Shown here: in pieces, positions 30,514 through 44,932 of the stretch
Layout of the letters: each line of letters opens with the position of its first letter
How positions within the stretch are numbered: position 1 is the stretch's first letter
DNA from: Spirochaetia bacterium
GTDB taxonomy: Bacteria; Spirochaetota; Spirochaetia; DSM-16054; Sediminispirochaetaceae
Direction: 5' to 3'
Assembly: GCA_034520965.1 (NCBI GenBank)
Contig: JAXHMY010000005.1
Coordinates: forward strand, 34,365-98,364
DNA: 64,000 bases
Made by a program: the position numbers and the translations under genes
The notes under the pieces: model-generated
What the model was told of the DNA's origin: nothing
What the model saw: only the letters and a program-made list of their open reading frames with translations
Database searches by the model: none

Positions 30514-31048
30514 ATGGAGATGGATAAGAATTCCTTGGGAATGCCGGCTAGAAGTCCGGAAGAGCTGTTTTTGTAAAAGCGGGTCAGGGACAGAAGTTCC
30601 TTGTGCGGCTTCCGGACGGAGCGGGACCCGGTGAAGGCAATTGCAAAGTTTGCAGCCGATCAGAATATTCGCTTGAGTAAATTTCCTGCAGCATGGATGG
30701 GAAGCTTTCGTCCGGCAAAATGCCTGGTATGGGCGCCGGATACAAAATCGGAATAACTGGCATAATGAAGAGATTGCGACAGTGGAAAATCTATCGATGC
30801 TCCTCTCTTGCGCAGGCATGATAGGAGTGAAACAAAATTATAAGGGTGAGGAAGAGTCCTTCGTTGCTTTGCACTTTGTTTCCGGTGGAGCCTGGGACAC
30901 TGCGACCTTTGGGGGGCATCTGTTTGAGGGAACTAAAATAGCAGTTGTAATGGCCCTTTATGTCACAGAAATAATAGATATTGATGTGATACCTCCGACA
31001 ATTGAAGATGCGGACGGATTCCCTGAAAATTGGTATAAAGAAATATAA
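30514..31048 (+). pseudogene. possible PPC/DUF296-domain protein, frameshifted
   Basis: The C-terminal piece VALHFVSGGAWDTATFGGHLFEGTKIAVVMALYVTEI resembles the H.H...GGHL core of DUF296. The upstream part is broken. This is a weak call. Confidence 0.3.
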
Positions 31049-31073
31049 GCAACCTTAAGTTTTTTTATTGAAA

Positions 31074-31117
31074 GGGAAGGTCGTATATAAAAGATAGCGG
31101 CCTTCTTTTTTTTTTTT
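31074..31117 (+). terminator. rho-independent terminator candidate
   Basis: An imperfect hairpin GAAGGTCGTAT...ATAGCGGCCTTC is followed by a run of 12 T (31106-31117). Confidence 0.5.
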
Positions 31118-31300
31118 AGGCCGGTGAATTCATGTCAAATACACATATTACTTAGTGGTATGCAATACATACCTCTTCTGAATGCCATATAGCGGCATAC
31201 TGTTCAAAAAATGTAATTTATCTGGAGTTTTTATTTGATATGGGGTAAGAATGAATTACAACCTTAGAAAAGGTACAGATCAAACCTAAAGGAAGGTGTT

Positions 31301-32092
31301 ATGAAAAGAGAGGAATTTTACTATTGGTGCTGTTGGTGGCTCTATCCCTGGCAGTATATGCCGGAGGTCAGCAAGATTCAGGCGCTGAGGGCGGAAAAGA
31401 GACTATTACAGTGGGTGTAAACAGTGAAAATCCACCATGGGTGTTTGCCGATGACGGCACAATAACCGGTTTTGAGGCGGACATTATTGAAGAGTTTGCA
31501 AAACGGGCAGGCTATAAAATTGAGTACAAGGGCGCTCCCTTTTTCAACGGTACTTACAGTGTTGATCCGGTCAGTGGGATGTTGCAATGTCCTCAATCTG
31601 GATTAAAGCGGAGCGAGCTGAAGTTATGGACTTCCGCAGATCCGTATTACGATTCAGGTATCGGCATGATGACTCGTGAAGACGGATTTACCGATTTCAA
31701 AGACGTGAAAGGAAAAGTTTTCGGTTCAGATACAGGTTCAATGAACGAAGCTTGGCTGATCGAAGCTTGGGGTGAATCCGGTCCTTACCAAATCAAGAGT
31801 TATGATTACTGGGTAGATGCTGCCGCTAGATCTTGAAGCCGGTCGAATTGACGGCGTAGTTGTAAACGATCCAATTGCTTTGTACTACATCAAACAGCAT
31901 CCGGATTCAACTCTGAAAATGGATATGTATATTCCCGATTTCAAAGCAGGACAGGCATTGGCATTCAAAAAGGGTTCCCCCCTGCGTCATAATTTTAACA
32001 AAATTCAGAACGAAATGAAGAAAGACGGCACCATGGCCGATATCCATAAAGTCGTTGGGTCTTGCGCCTCCCCGGAGAGTTCAACAAATTAA
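31301..32092 (+). pseudogene. polar amino-acid ABC transporter substrate-binding protein (family 3), frameshifted
   Basis: The ATG at 31301 is followed, in a shifted frame, by the signal peptide LLLVLLVALSLAVYAGG. The body has ITVGVNSENPPWVF...GFEADIIEEFAKRAGY and a tail ORF 31817..32092. Confidence 0.7.
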
Positions 32093-32299
32093 TATAATCG
32101 AACCTTACAATGCCGAATGAGAAGCCTCCTGTGAACTAAGAAGTTCATGATAGACTTTGTGTATTAAATTGAAAAAGTGTGCCCGAGAAGGATCCTATTT
32201 CGGGCACACATTTATAGAGGTTAACTGGAACGAATGTGAAGTTGACCTCGTGAAGTAAAAGACAAGAAACCACATAGGTTTGTGCATTAGCACCCCCTT

Positions 32300-33232
32300 T
32301 GGTTCATAGTTATACGCCGAAAATGGTTTGTGGGGGTCACATTTCTCCTACTCGCAGGGTATGCACTGTTATTGCCTGCTCGTGAAACTGTTACACCGGT
32401 TGTGATGTATATCAGTATTTTCGTTTTTATTTTCCTTATATTAGCATGGAGTGCGAAATGTACTCTCTGATAAAGAAAAGTCCGAGCCCCTAAAAATGGG
32501 GGTTTCCCTGCTGCTTATTGGAGTATTGGCTTGGCTGTTTTACAATTATTCCGGTGCGCAGTGGGATAAACTTCACCAATTTTCTTTAATTGGGAAAAAA
32601 TGGCCGGCAGTTGGCCAACACTTTTTCGAGGATTAGGTGTTACGCTTATGTTGGCGGCCATCTCCGCTGTATTCACCGTTCTGATAGGACTTATAGTAGC
32701 TATACTGCGTTCTTTCAAAAGTCCGACTCTCAATATCTTTTTGAAGGCTTATGTGGATATTTTTAGGTCCATACCCATGATTGTAGTGATGGTATTGATC
32801 TTTTTCGCTCTTCCCTATGCCGGTATCAGTTTTGGATCGATCGTAACTACGATTGTTGCTTTATCGATTGGTTATGGTGCCTATGCGGCCGAATCATTCA
32901 GAGCCGGTTTTGAGTCTGTTCATTCCGGACAGATTGAGGCTGCCCGGTCCCTGGGAATCGGACGCTGGCATACCAAAATTGGGAGATTATTGCCCCAGGC
33001 GATCCCGGTTGTTATTCCACCGCTCACTGGAATTTGGTGGCGATGTTAAAAGAGACAGCGGTTGCGTCGGTTGTTGCTGCTCCTGAGCTGCTCAAACGTG
33101 CGCGTGAGTTATATACAAGTAAAACTAACCCGACCCGGCTAATCGCAGCGGCGTTGGTCTACCTCGTTGTTCTAGTACCCCTGGTACGAAATTGTAAATA
33201 TGCTTGAAAAGAGGGTTAAAATAAAATGAACA
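32300..33232 (+). pseudogene. amino-acid ABC permease (HisM/GlnP type) with an extra N-terminal TM extension, frameshifted
   Basis: ORF 32600..33049 carries IFRSIPMIVVM and the EAA-loop region GQIEAARSLG. The tail (LKETAVASVVAAPELL...) is in another frame. The 5' boundary is uncertain. Confidence 0.6.
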
Positions 33233-33961
33233 AGAAACAGATGATGTTATCATTAAAACCGTAGATCTTCACAAGTACTTCCGAAGAGTTGCATCTCTTG
33301 AAAGGAATTGATACTAAAGTCACCCGGTCGGAGGTTGTGGCCGTCTAGGGAAACCCTACAGAAGCGGAAAAGCACCTTTTTGCGTTGTCTAAATCGTATG
33401 GAAGAGCCAACCTCCATAGTATGTATGAAGGGATAAATCTTATGGCTCCCTACATCAACTAAATAAGGTCAGAACTGAAATCGGAATGGTTTTTCAGAGC
33501 TTTAACCTATTTCCACATTTGACAGCCATAAAACATGAACCTCACGCCAAATAAATGTACGCCATATATCCAATAAAGAGGCCACCCGAGCGGGGAATGA
33601 GTTGGAAAAGGTGGGACTTGCAGATAAAACACACGCATCCCTGAACAGCTCTCCGGCGGTCAACAGCAGCGCGTGGCAATTGCTCGTGCTTTGGCTATGC
33701 AGCCGCAGATCATGTTTTTTGATGAGCCTACCTCCGCTTTAGACCCAGAGATGATCGGAGAAGTTTTGGATGTTATGCGCAATATGGCGGAAGAGGGTAT
33801 GACGATGATTGTGGTGAGTCATGAGATGGGATTTATTCGTGAAGCCGCGGTCGAGTTCTGTCTTGTTTATGGCGGACGGGATGATTGTTGAAGAGGGACT
33901 CCGGATGAAATCTTTAATAACTCAACATAAACGTACGGGTCCCCTTGGCAGGATCCTGTAA
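33229..33961 (+). pseudogene. amino-acid ABC transporter ATP-binding protein, heavily disrupted
   Basis: [34 protein letters not shown] (ORF 33673..33891) is intact. The Walker A region is ruined: VVAV-TAG(33345-33347)-G, then ..RKSTFLRCLNRMEEPTS in a shifted frame. Several further stops follow. Confidence 0.7.
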
Positions 33962-33984
33962 TTGGTTGTAAGGTGGGAAGATAA

Positions 33985-35032
33985 ATGTCAAAGGAAAGTA
34001 GTAACGCACAAACCGACTCCCGTCTTGCGGATGTAAAGGCACGAGTCGGTCATATACCATTAATCCGCAAAAACCAGTTTATACTCAGCTATTTGGCGTT
34101 TTTAGTATTTTTTGGTTTATTTCTATTGCCGGATATAGGAACACCCGCGCCGATTGAGTTGGCCCTTGTGGTTATGTATTTTTTGTTGGTTGTAGTGTGG
34201 GCGGCGATTGTTCTTTCGGACGAGTTGAAGTCGGATAAACAAAACCACTATTCGTTTTGAAATTTTATAGTTCTGGCCTGGTTGTACTACCGCTATTCTA
34301 CCGCTCGCTGAGCCAGCTGTTTTTAGACATGGGGTCATCAAGAAGGCCTGGCCCTATCTCGTACAAGGCTTCTGGACAACTATCTTACTGGCCATTTCTG
34401 CTGCTGTAGTGAGCACCGTTATTGGGCTGCTGCTTGCGGTGTTTCGGTCTTTCAATAATCCGGTTCTGAATTTCTTTATTATACTGTATGTTGATGTGTT
34501 AGTGCAATTCCTATCATCGTACTTATGATGGTAATCTATTATGCCTTTCCCTTTATGAACATACGTTTAAGTGCAATTATGTCCGGTATTGTTGCGTTGG
34601 GCTTAAATAGTTCGGCTTATGTAAGTGAAATTTTCAGGGCCGGATTTCTCTCAATAAAAAAAGGACAGATAGAAGCGGCCCATGCCCTAGGACTGTCTCC
34701 TATTAAACAATGCGCCTGGTAATTCTGCCGCAGGCTTTTCAAGGTGGTGATCTCCACCCCTGGTTGGAAACTACGTAGCCAGCTCTAAGGACACCGCTTT
34801 GGCGTCTGCAATTTCCATTATTGAGCTGTTGAAAGCCGGGTTGGCGCAAAAATCGCTATTGGCAAACCCGTCACCTCTTATTTTCGTAGCTGTTATGTAT
34901 CTCTTGCTGTTTGTTCCCTTAACGAAGTTTTCTGGCTTACTGGAGAGAAAAATGCAGGGAACAAAAAGACAGAATAAACGTATAAATGTAAAAGAAGCGA
35001 GAAAACTAATATTTATCAGGGCTCGTTGCTAA
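33985..35032 (+). pseudogene. second amino-acid ABC permease, frameshifted
   Basis: It has an N-terminal TM extension (ORF 33985..34260), then SAYVSEIFRAGFLSIKKGQIEAAHALGLSP (ORF 34525..34722) and a tail ORF 34799..35032. Confidence 0.6.
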
Positions 35033-35108
35033 ATATCAGACAGCCCTTTTTTTGATATTTCGGTTGGCTTTCAATTATTTCTGTTATTTCTTGTCAGCAG
35101 AGCGTGTG

Positions 35109-36148
35109 TTATCGGGGAGCAACCCGTATCAAAGAATACTTATCCCAGCTGATGTTTCGTCCGGTTAGTATAAAAACGACCCTCCGGCCTCCAATCGCAC
35201 CCCTCCCCTCCAAAGCCGCCGCTAAGCCCACTACCGCAGAGCCCTCGACAGTAATTTGCTCATGTTCGAGCAGAACACCGCATGGCATAAGCAATAGAAT
35301 CCTCATTAACAATTTCAATTCCGGAGACCAATTCCGAAGCAATGGAGTAGGTAAGTGGAGTCAGGGTCCCGAGCAATCCATCAGCTAAAGAAGGGCGTAT
35401 TTCGACGCTTTCATGGCACACACCCATCCTGAAGCGAAAGATATGCTCCGGGAGCCGGTACAGCCGCCTCCACTCCGTAAATACGCGCACCCTCAGCACC
35501 TGCCTTAACGGCTGTTGCGATGCCGGAAATTCAATCCTCCACCGCCTACCGGAACTATTACCGTATCCAGATCGGAAAGACTCCTGCAGAAGTTCTAACC
35601 CGATAGTACCCTGTCCGGAAATTACTTCCGGATCGCCGTGGGAGTGGAATGTCTTCCGGCACCAACGGAACGCACGTATCTCTGCGCTATTTGATAGGTT
35701 TCTGAAAAATCATTACCCTGGGCACGCACTTCCGCCCCGTAAGAGCGAATACGATTTATTTTAGTAGTTCTCGGCATCCTCCGGTACGTATATAATTGGA
35801 GGCGGACTCTCAACTACAGTAGCGGCGTAGGAGAGGGCCGCACCATGGCTCCCGCTTGAACAAGTGACCATTCCGCGGCTGCGCTCCGCCTTTGACATAG
35901 AAATCAATTTGTTGCATGCTCCACGCACCTTAAAGCTCGCCCGTAATTTGGAAACACTCAGGTTTAAGATAAACCTCTGCGTGCAGGAGTTTACTCAGGT
36001 TTGCCGAATGAATCAGAGGTGTAGCTTTTATATAAGGGGCGATACGCTTTTTTGCCTGCCATATAGATTTAATTGAGATAGAAGTTTGATTTTCCTCTGC
36101 AGGGCTCATTCTATGCTCCACATACAGTTGATATGTGCCATCATCCAT
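35109..36148 (-). pseudogene. PLP-dependent (fold type II) threonine/serine dehydratase-like enzyme, frameshifted
   Basis: The N-terminal fragment is IKATPLIHSANLSKLLHAEVYLKPECFQITG (ORF 35930..36148). The C-terminal fragment is VEGSAVVGLAAALEGRG...VVFILTGRNISWDKY (ORF 35109..35342). The middle is in other frames. Confidence 0.6.
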
Positions 36149-36280
36149 CTAATTGCTAATAAACGTCAACCTTCGGGAAAATTTCCGTTTGACACTAAGG
36201 GGGTCGTCGTACTATACAATAATATAAAACAAAGTTGCGTAATGCGGTACAGTATTTATAACAGAGTAACAACGGAGTAA

Positions 36281-37725
36281 GAAGCGGCAGGAGAATACTC
36301 TATTATAATTAAAAATGCAACGATTATCACTATGGATCAAAGACGCCGCATCCTCCGTGACGCAGCTATACTTATTAAGGATAATCGGATTCATCAGGTT
36401 GGAACCACCCTTGAGTTGAAGAACCTGTTACAGGAGGCCTCTGCGGATAAAGTAATTGATGCCGCCGGAAAAGTAGTGCTCCCGGGCCTTATTGACAGCC
36501 ATGCACATGCTGGGCACGGCCTTACTAAAACATTGGGTGAAGGCGGTAACAGGAATTGATGGTGGATGGGATGAGTTTATGGAACGTATTTACTTCCAGG
36601 GCTCGACTCCTGATTTTTGGCTTGCCGAAGCAACTGATTGAGCGGGCTGGAAAAACTAAAGTTCGGTGTTACCACGGGTATGAGTATGTTGGGCTCCTAT
36701 CCGCGCTACGACAGCCCCGAGCGTTGGTCCGCCCATGTCGAGGGAATGCACGCTATCGGAATACGGAATATACTCGGTATCGGCGCCCCGAATCCTCCTT
36801 TTCCAAAGACCTTTCGCGAGTGGAATGGACAAGGAATATTCGCGAATACACTCTTTAGCCATTCCGACTCCTTTGCCAAAACCAAGAAGGCAGTAAAAAA
36901 ATACCGCACCGCCAAATCAGGGATTGACAATGTGTTATCCTACCCCTTCCGAGACTGGCCGCCGTGACCCGCTGACTGTTGAGCAGCTGATAGAGCAAAA
37001 CCGGGCTATGAAGGATATTTCCGATGAATATGACGTACCGATTCACTCCCACTCTTATGGGGGGGATATCGAGTTTGCCTATCAACATTTCCCGTTTGTC
37101 CTGGGCCCGCGGCTCTCTTTAGCCCATTGTACCGGGATAAGTGAAAAAGAGGTTAAAATATTGGCCGACACCGGTACTTCCGTATGCAGCGGGCCCAGTT
37201 ACCGGCTCTTATGATGCCATTTGTCCGGTGGTTAGACTTATAGATGCCGGTTGCAACGTCAATTTTTGTACTGGTGCCAGCGCTCCGACAGGACCTACGA
37301 CTTGTTTGAAAAAATGCGCGTGGGAGCCCCGCTACCTCAGTCCATTTCCATGATTCCGGAATTTTGCCGGCGGGTAAACTGCTGGAAATGGTAACCGTCG
37401 ACGCCGCCCAAGCCCTGGGCTTGCAGGATGCCATCGGCTCTATAGAAGCCGGAAAGTTAGCCGATATTATTTTAGTTGATATGCCAGCAGCCTACACCTT
37501 TATCCGCTGTGGCACAAAGCACTGCGATGGTGTATCAAACCTCCGGCCATGATGTAGATACCGTAATTGTAAATGGACGGGTGTAATGGAGCATCGCAGA
37601 GTTGCAGATATAGATGAAACTGGAATTTTAGAATTCGGCTACAAGGAAGCCTGGGCGGCCTTAAAACGGCTCGGATTTGAAAAAGCAACAGAATTACCCC
37701 AGAATTTATGGGGAGCTACTTCTGT
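36281..37725 (+). pseudogene. amidohydrolase-superfamily enzyme (chlorohydrolase/deaminase-like), frameshifted; no canonical start in frame
   Basis: IIKNATIITMDQ...IKDNRIHQVG...VVLPGLIDSHAHAGHG carries the HxH metal motif. Later fragments lie at 36638..36967, 36924..37214 and 37364..37552. The probable native stop is near 37723, just before an AAGGGGA RBS. Confidence 0.6.
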
Positions 37726-37737
37726 AAGGGGATCATT

Positions 37738-38105
37738 ATGCAGCATCCAAAATTTGCCTGAGGGTAAGGCCGAAAAACTGATTACCTTCATTTACTACAA
37801 AGACCTCAAAAAGGGAATGGATTTTTACGGAAACGTGCTTGGGTTTCCATTGGAAATTGACCAAGGATGGAGCAAAATCTACCGAATATCAGAAGCCGGT
37901 TACGTAGGTGTGGTCGACGAGAAGCCGGGGAATGCATAAGTGGCACGAAACCAAAACCGTTCAGATATGCATTCGGGTCCCCGGATGTCGATTCGTGGTA
38001 CGAATACTGTAAGAACATTGAAGTCGACAACCTTCCCAGATGTTTCAGAGCGAAGAACTGAAAATTAAAGCTTTTGTCTTTGATGATCCGGAGGGCTACC
38101 AATAA
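37738..38105 (+). pseudogene. VOC (glyoxalase/bleomycin-resistance fold) protein, frameshifted
   Basis: The ATG at 37738 follows an RBS. KLITFIYYKDLKKGMDFYGNVLGFPLEIDQGWSKIY continues in another frame as VPDVDSWYEYCKNIEVDN...FDDPEGYQ. Confidence 0.5.
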
Positions 38106-38144
38106 AGTTTAGGAATCAACCGGATCAATAAGGAATAAAAGTTC

Positions 38145-39645
<1,501 letters not shown>

Positions 39646-39686
39646 TAGTTACCGATAAGTATTAATGACTTTTTCAGAAGGAAAGA

Positions 39687-40647
39687 ATGTTAAATTTTTA
39701 ATCCAGAACCATACAGATGATAACCGTATTGCTGATTGTCTCGGTTATTGTATTTTTTATGATTCGTGTTATCGGAAATCCTGTATATAATATGTTGCCC
39801 CAGGATGCCAGCGAAGAACAGATTAAGCAAGTTGTACAACTGGCCTAAATCAGCCGATTTATGTACAATATTGGATTTTTCTTAAAAACGCCTTACAGGG
39901 AGAGTTCGGAGTGTCCTATGCTCATTTCGTTCCTGCCCTCGGGCTTGTATAAGCAAATTCCCAGCTACACTTGAAATTGTGCTCGTTGCAATGACCCTCA
40001 CAATCTTCTTACGGAATTTCATGGGAGTTTTTGCAGGGGCTAAGCCGAAAAATCCATAAATCAGCAAGGTCATTATGTTCGGCTCTTTAGCGGTATTTCC
40101 CTGCCCCCTCGTTTTTTATGGGGATGGTTTCTGTGTTGTCTTTGCAGTAACCCTCCATTGGCTGCCGGTATCCGGAAGAGGTGGGATTGGTACTATCTCA
40201 GAAATTCGAACAAGTTTAGCAACCCTAAACGGGTGGCGACATATTATCCTACCCTCGATTACTCTGGCTTTGGTAAACGTAGCGACCATCATAAGACTTG
40301 TCCGAGCAGGATCAATAGAAACGATGGAGCAGGACTTTATCAAGTTTGCTCGGTCAAAGGGCGTTGCCAGCCGTAAGGTGCTATTGTGCATGCACTAGAA
40401 GGATATATTTGATTCCGGTGGTTACTATTTTCGGCTTGCAACTTGGAGAGCTGATCGCGTTTACGACCATCACGGAAACGATATTTGCCTGGCCGGGAAT
40501 GGGTAAACTTCTGATTGACTCCATCACCATCTCGATCGTCCTATTATTTCTGCATATTTACTGTTTGTCGCGGTACTTTTTGTGGTTATCAACTTTGTAG
40601 TGGATGTGCTGTATACATTCATCGATCCTAAATTTGATCTTAATTGA
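39687..40647 (+). pseudogene. peptide ABC transporter permease (DppB/OppB type), frameshifted
   Basis: Start ML(K)FLIQ..., then ITVLLIVSVIVFFMIRVIGNPV. ORF 40075..40398 has VSGRGGIG...ILPSITLALVNVATIIRLVRAGSIETMEQDFIKFARSKGV. The tail is FIDPKFDLN*. Confidence 0.65.
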
Positions 40648-40663
40648 TAAAGGAAGGCAGGAA

Positions 40664-41567
40664 TTTGTCAACAGCAACTATTAACAACAGAATGCATTTA
40701 TTCCTACATTCAGAGTTTCTCACAATTATAAGCGATCTCCAATAGCAATTATATCTACTGCTGTTTTGCTTATCATCATCCTCACTGCAATATTCGGACC
40801 TCATTTTTTTACCGTCCAAGATCCATATGATTATCAAAAGTCTGAATCTGAGCGACTCGTATAAACCACCGGCCTGGATGGAAGGGGAAGAGCTTAAGTT
40901 TTTGCTTGGAACAGATCAAAACGGACGCGATATTCTGAGTGCAATAATTTATGGAAGTCGAGTTTCCTTGTACATTGGAATAGTGGGGGTCTTGCTCACA
41001 TCTATAGTGGGTATTACCCTAGGCCTGCTCGCAGGTTATTTCGGGGGAAAATTGGATTCCCTGATTATGCGTATTGCCGATATTCAGCTCGCATTTCCGA
41101 GTATGCTGATAGCCCTCTTTTTAATGGGGATTAGCGGGCCGAGCATACGAAATATTTTGATTGCATTGACCTTGATTGGATGGGTTCGCTATACGCGTAT
41201 TGTCCGTGGTGAGGTTTTATCGGTGAGAGAAAAGGAATATGTGGAAGCTGCAAGGGTAATCGGCTTTTCTAATGCAAGTATAATATTAAAGCAAATTTTA
41301 CCAAACGTACTCACATCAATTATTGTAATCTCTACTCTGCGGGTAGGTTCCTTCATTATGATAGAAGCTACACTTAGTTTCCTTGGAGTAGGAGTACCTA
41401 TCAGTTCTCCTTCTTTAGGAATGCTATGCAGCGACGGGTTTAAGGTATTGTACAGCGGTTTATGGTGGGTTTCAATTTTTCCGGGACTCTACATTGTTGC
41501 AATCGTGTTTTCGGTTAACCTTTTGGGAGATTTCTTGCGGGACGAGTTTAATCCAAAGCTGAAGTAA
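40664..41567 (+). pseudogene. peptide ABC transporter permease (DppC/OppC type), 5' end frameshifted
   Basis: ORF 40827..41567 is an intact C-terminal 246 aa (LGTDQNGRDILSAIIYGSR...). The N-terminal TM segment from TTG 40664 is out of frame. Confidence 0.7.
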
Positions 41568-42576
41568 TGGGGCAAAATATGAAGAATATCGAAGAAAAAA
41601 CTAAAATACTGAAGTAAAAAACTTGAAAACCATCCATACGTATAAGGGTGTGGTGAAAGCGGTCAATGATGTAGTTTGATTTGTGCGAAGGTGAAATATT
41701 AGGCATAGTGGGTGAGTCCGGCGGAGGAAAATCGATTACGGGATTCTCGATTATTAAACTGATTGATGAACCGGGAAATAATTGAGACAGGGAGAGATTA
41801 ACTTTGAAGGTAAGAACCTTGTGAAGGATGAATCCGATCACGAAATGAATAAGATCCGAGGTTCGCAAATTTCAATGATATTTCAGGATCCGATGACGTC
41901 GTTGTACACTGTATATACTATAGGTAAGCAGCTGGAAGAAGTATTGCTTTTACATGACAATCTGTCAAAAACTCAACGGCATGAACGCTGTGTAGAGCTG
42001 CTGAATTCAGCGGGTATCTCAAATGCGGAAAAACGTCTTAAAAATCATCCCCATGAGTTCAGCGGCGGAATGCGGCAAAGAGTGGTAATAGCGATCGCAC
42101 TTGCTTCCAACCCGAAGGTTATAATTGCAGACGAGCCGACTACCGCTTTAGACGTAACTATTCAAGCACAGATACTGCGTTTGATGCAGAAGATAGTTGT
42201 AGAGAATAACTGTTCACTCATATTGATTACCCATGATTTGGCGGTTATTTTGCGGAGATGGCGGATCGGGTCAATGTAATGTACTGCGGAAAAATTATAG
42301 AAAACCGGTTACACTAAGGACATTATCAATCATTATGCTCATCCATATACAGAAGGCTTAATTGGTTCGATTCCCAGTACAGATGAGGATAAAGAGCGCC
42401 TTACTACTATAAAGGGAGTAGTTCCTAATATGTTCGATTTACCGAAGGGCTGTAAGTTTGCTGCACGTTGTAGATATAGCCAAAAGATATGCTTTGAAAA
42501 TGAGCCGGAGATTGTAGATATTGATGGTATTCATAAGGTAGCTTGTTTTTTCCCATTAACAGAGGCGGTTAAATAG
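41567..42576 (+). pseudogene. peptide ABC ATPase (DppD/OppD type), frameshifted
   Basis: GEILGIVGESGGGKSIT is in one frame. FSGGMRQRVVIAIALASNPKVIIADEPTTALDVTIQAQIL is in ORF 41782..42279. The C-terminal oligopeptide-ATPase tail is in a third frame. Confidence 0.7.
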
Positions 42577-43546
42577 ATGAATACGATGCTTGAAGTTTCC
42601 AAATCTTAGAACAAAATTTCCACCTGAGCTAAGTCATTTCTTGACTCATTAGTAATTAAAAATAAAAGAATTGTACGTGAGGCATTGAATATGTCATGCA
42701 GTAAACGGTATTAGTTTTAAGGTAAACTACGGTGAGACCTTCAGCCTGGTAGGCGAATCAGGATGTGGAAAATCTACTACCGCCAGATCAGTAATAAAGA
42801 TACTTGAACCGAAAGCGGGAAAAATTGTATTTGACGGTACTGATATTACGAATTTTGAATCGCAGACAAATATTACCGTTTCGAAAAGAAATGCAGATGA
42901 TCTTCCAGGACCCATACGCCTCATTAAACCCTCGTGAAAAAATAATTGATATTGTAACAGCTCCAATGCTACTTCATAAAATGGCTAGCAACCGAGAAGA
43001 CGCAGTAGGAAAAGGAATCGAAACACTTAGAAGAGTGGGAATACGGGAAGAGCAAATTTCTCGATTCCCCCATCAGTTCAGTGGAGGTCAGCGGCAGCGG
43101 ATAGGTATCGCTCGTGCCCTGGCGGTAAATCCGAAGTTTATTGTTGCAGATGAGCCGGTATCCGCTTTAGATGTTTCAATACAAGCACAAATTTTAAATT
43201 TAACGATGGACCTACAATCTGAATTCCACTTCTCTTACCTGTTCATTGCCCGGACGATTGATCGGTTGTTCGACACATAAGCAACGACATCGGTGTTATG
43301 TATCTTGGTAAGATTGTGGAGATGGGTTCTAGAAAAAAATATTCGAAAAATCCAAAGCATCCCTATACTGAAGCTTTACTTGCATCAACTCCAAAAATAA
43401 CCGGCGATAATCTTGCCAATTCAAAACCTTTGGAAGGAGAAATACCGAGTCCCGTAAATCTGCCTGAAGGATGCTACTTTCATGAACGCTGTCCGTACAA
43501 AATGCCGATTTGCAAAGAGGCAATGCCTGAAAGAAAAAGAAATTGA
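42577..43546 (+). pseudogene. peptide ABC ATPase (DppF/OppF type), frameshifted
   Basis: GETFSLVGESGCGKSTT, FSGGQRQRIGIARALAVNPKFIVADEPVSALDVSIQAQILNL (ORF 42804..43280) and the tail HPYTEALLASTP...CYFHERCPY (ORF 43298..43546). Confidence 0.7.
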
Positions 43547-43598
43547 ACCTGGTCATTTTGTCCGTTGCTATTTATATTAAGTAAGCTGGAGGCTTTTA

Positions 43599-44794
43599 TT
43601 GAAATTGAATGCAACTCCCCTAAATGAATTAACATCGATGTTGGACGACATCCAGCCTATCTCAAAACAAGAGCGTGAGTCCCGCATCAACAAAGCTCAG
43701 GGTACTTAATGAGGCAGCACGGTCTGAAGGCCCTGCTCTTGGATGCCGGCTTCCAGCCTTGTATTATTTTACCGGCATTAATATGGTCGCATGAGCGAAC
43801 GAGTCACGGTTGCTGTCCTTCCCGCCGACGGGGAAGTCGCATATGTATGCCCCGCATTTGAGGCCGATCGCATTGCGGGAGATGCTGCTGTTTGGGCGGC
43901 ATATGTTTATACCTGGGAAAGAAGATGAAAATCCGTATGCACAAATTGAGATGCTTTTGCAGACGCAGAGTTGGATTCTGCTAATCTGGAATCGATGGAA
44001 GCGGCACGTTATTTCCTCTTTGAAGGCCTCCGAAAATCCGCACCACATTTAGATTTTGTCAGTGCCGAACCGGTAATAAGCGGGTGTCGCCTCTTTAAGT
44101 CCCACAGGAGTAGCTCTTATGCAAAGGGCTAACTCGATATAACCGCCAGAAGCAATGAAGACCTGCATTTCGATGCTTCGTGAAGGAATGTCGCAAGCCG
44201 AGTTTCGAGAAATTAGTGTCGAAGCCCATAAGTCAATGGGCGTAAAAGGAGGCATTGGAGTACAGTTTGGTGCTGCAACAGCCTTTCCACATGGGTCCAA
44301 GGAACTGACCTATCTTAAAAGGGTGATGTAGCTTTTCATGGACGGAGGCTGTCAGGTAGAGGGATACACTTCCGACATCTCACGCACTATTGTATTTGGT
44401 ATACCCACAGCCCGGCAGCAGGAGATATGGAATCTGGAGCAGAAGGCTCAGGCCGCAGGTTTCGCTGCGGCCAAAATAGGGGCTTCCTGCGGCGATGTTG
44501 ATGCCGCAGCCCGCGCTGTCATAGAGTCTTTCGGATTTGGCTCCGGTTAGCAAGGTTCCCGGTCTGCCCCATAGAACCGGACACGGTATTGGATTGGACG
44601 GACACGAGTGGGAAGCATTCTCCCGGGCAACTCCAGAACCTTGGAAGCGGGGATGTGCTTCAGCATCGAACCGAATATCTCTATATATGGAGAATTTGGA
44701 ATGCGTCTTAAGACTGTGTGTATATGGATGCCGATGGGGCCCATTACTTTACCGTACCGTAGCCCGAGGCATAGATGAACCATTTAAAATTTGA
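43599..44794 (+). pseudogene. M24-family Xaa-Pro dipeptidase copy 3, frameshifted
   Basis: MDGGCQVEGYTSDISRTIVFG...QQEIWNLE (ORF 44338..44550) and HRTGHGIGLDGHE (ORF 44537..44794). The N-terminal creatinase-like domain is in pieces. Confidence 0.6.
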
Positions 44795-44932
44795 CTGTAG
44801 CTTCGGAACGCTACAGCATTAAATAGTATATTTGAATGGTATGCTGTTTCATATAGTAGCATATTTCAATCATATTTTTCCAGAAAAAAGCTGCAGGTTT
44901 ACCTGCAGTAAAAAATAAAAGGAGACTAATAG

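Noticed and set aside
37586-37939. The 117-aa track ORF as a single gene.
   Set aside because: It is a chimera created by frameshifts. Its first half is the C-terminal tail of the amidohydrolase, and its second half is the N-terminal half of the VOC protein, whose own RBS and ATG sit at 37725-37740 in another frame.
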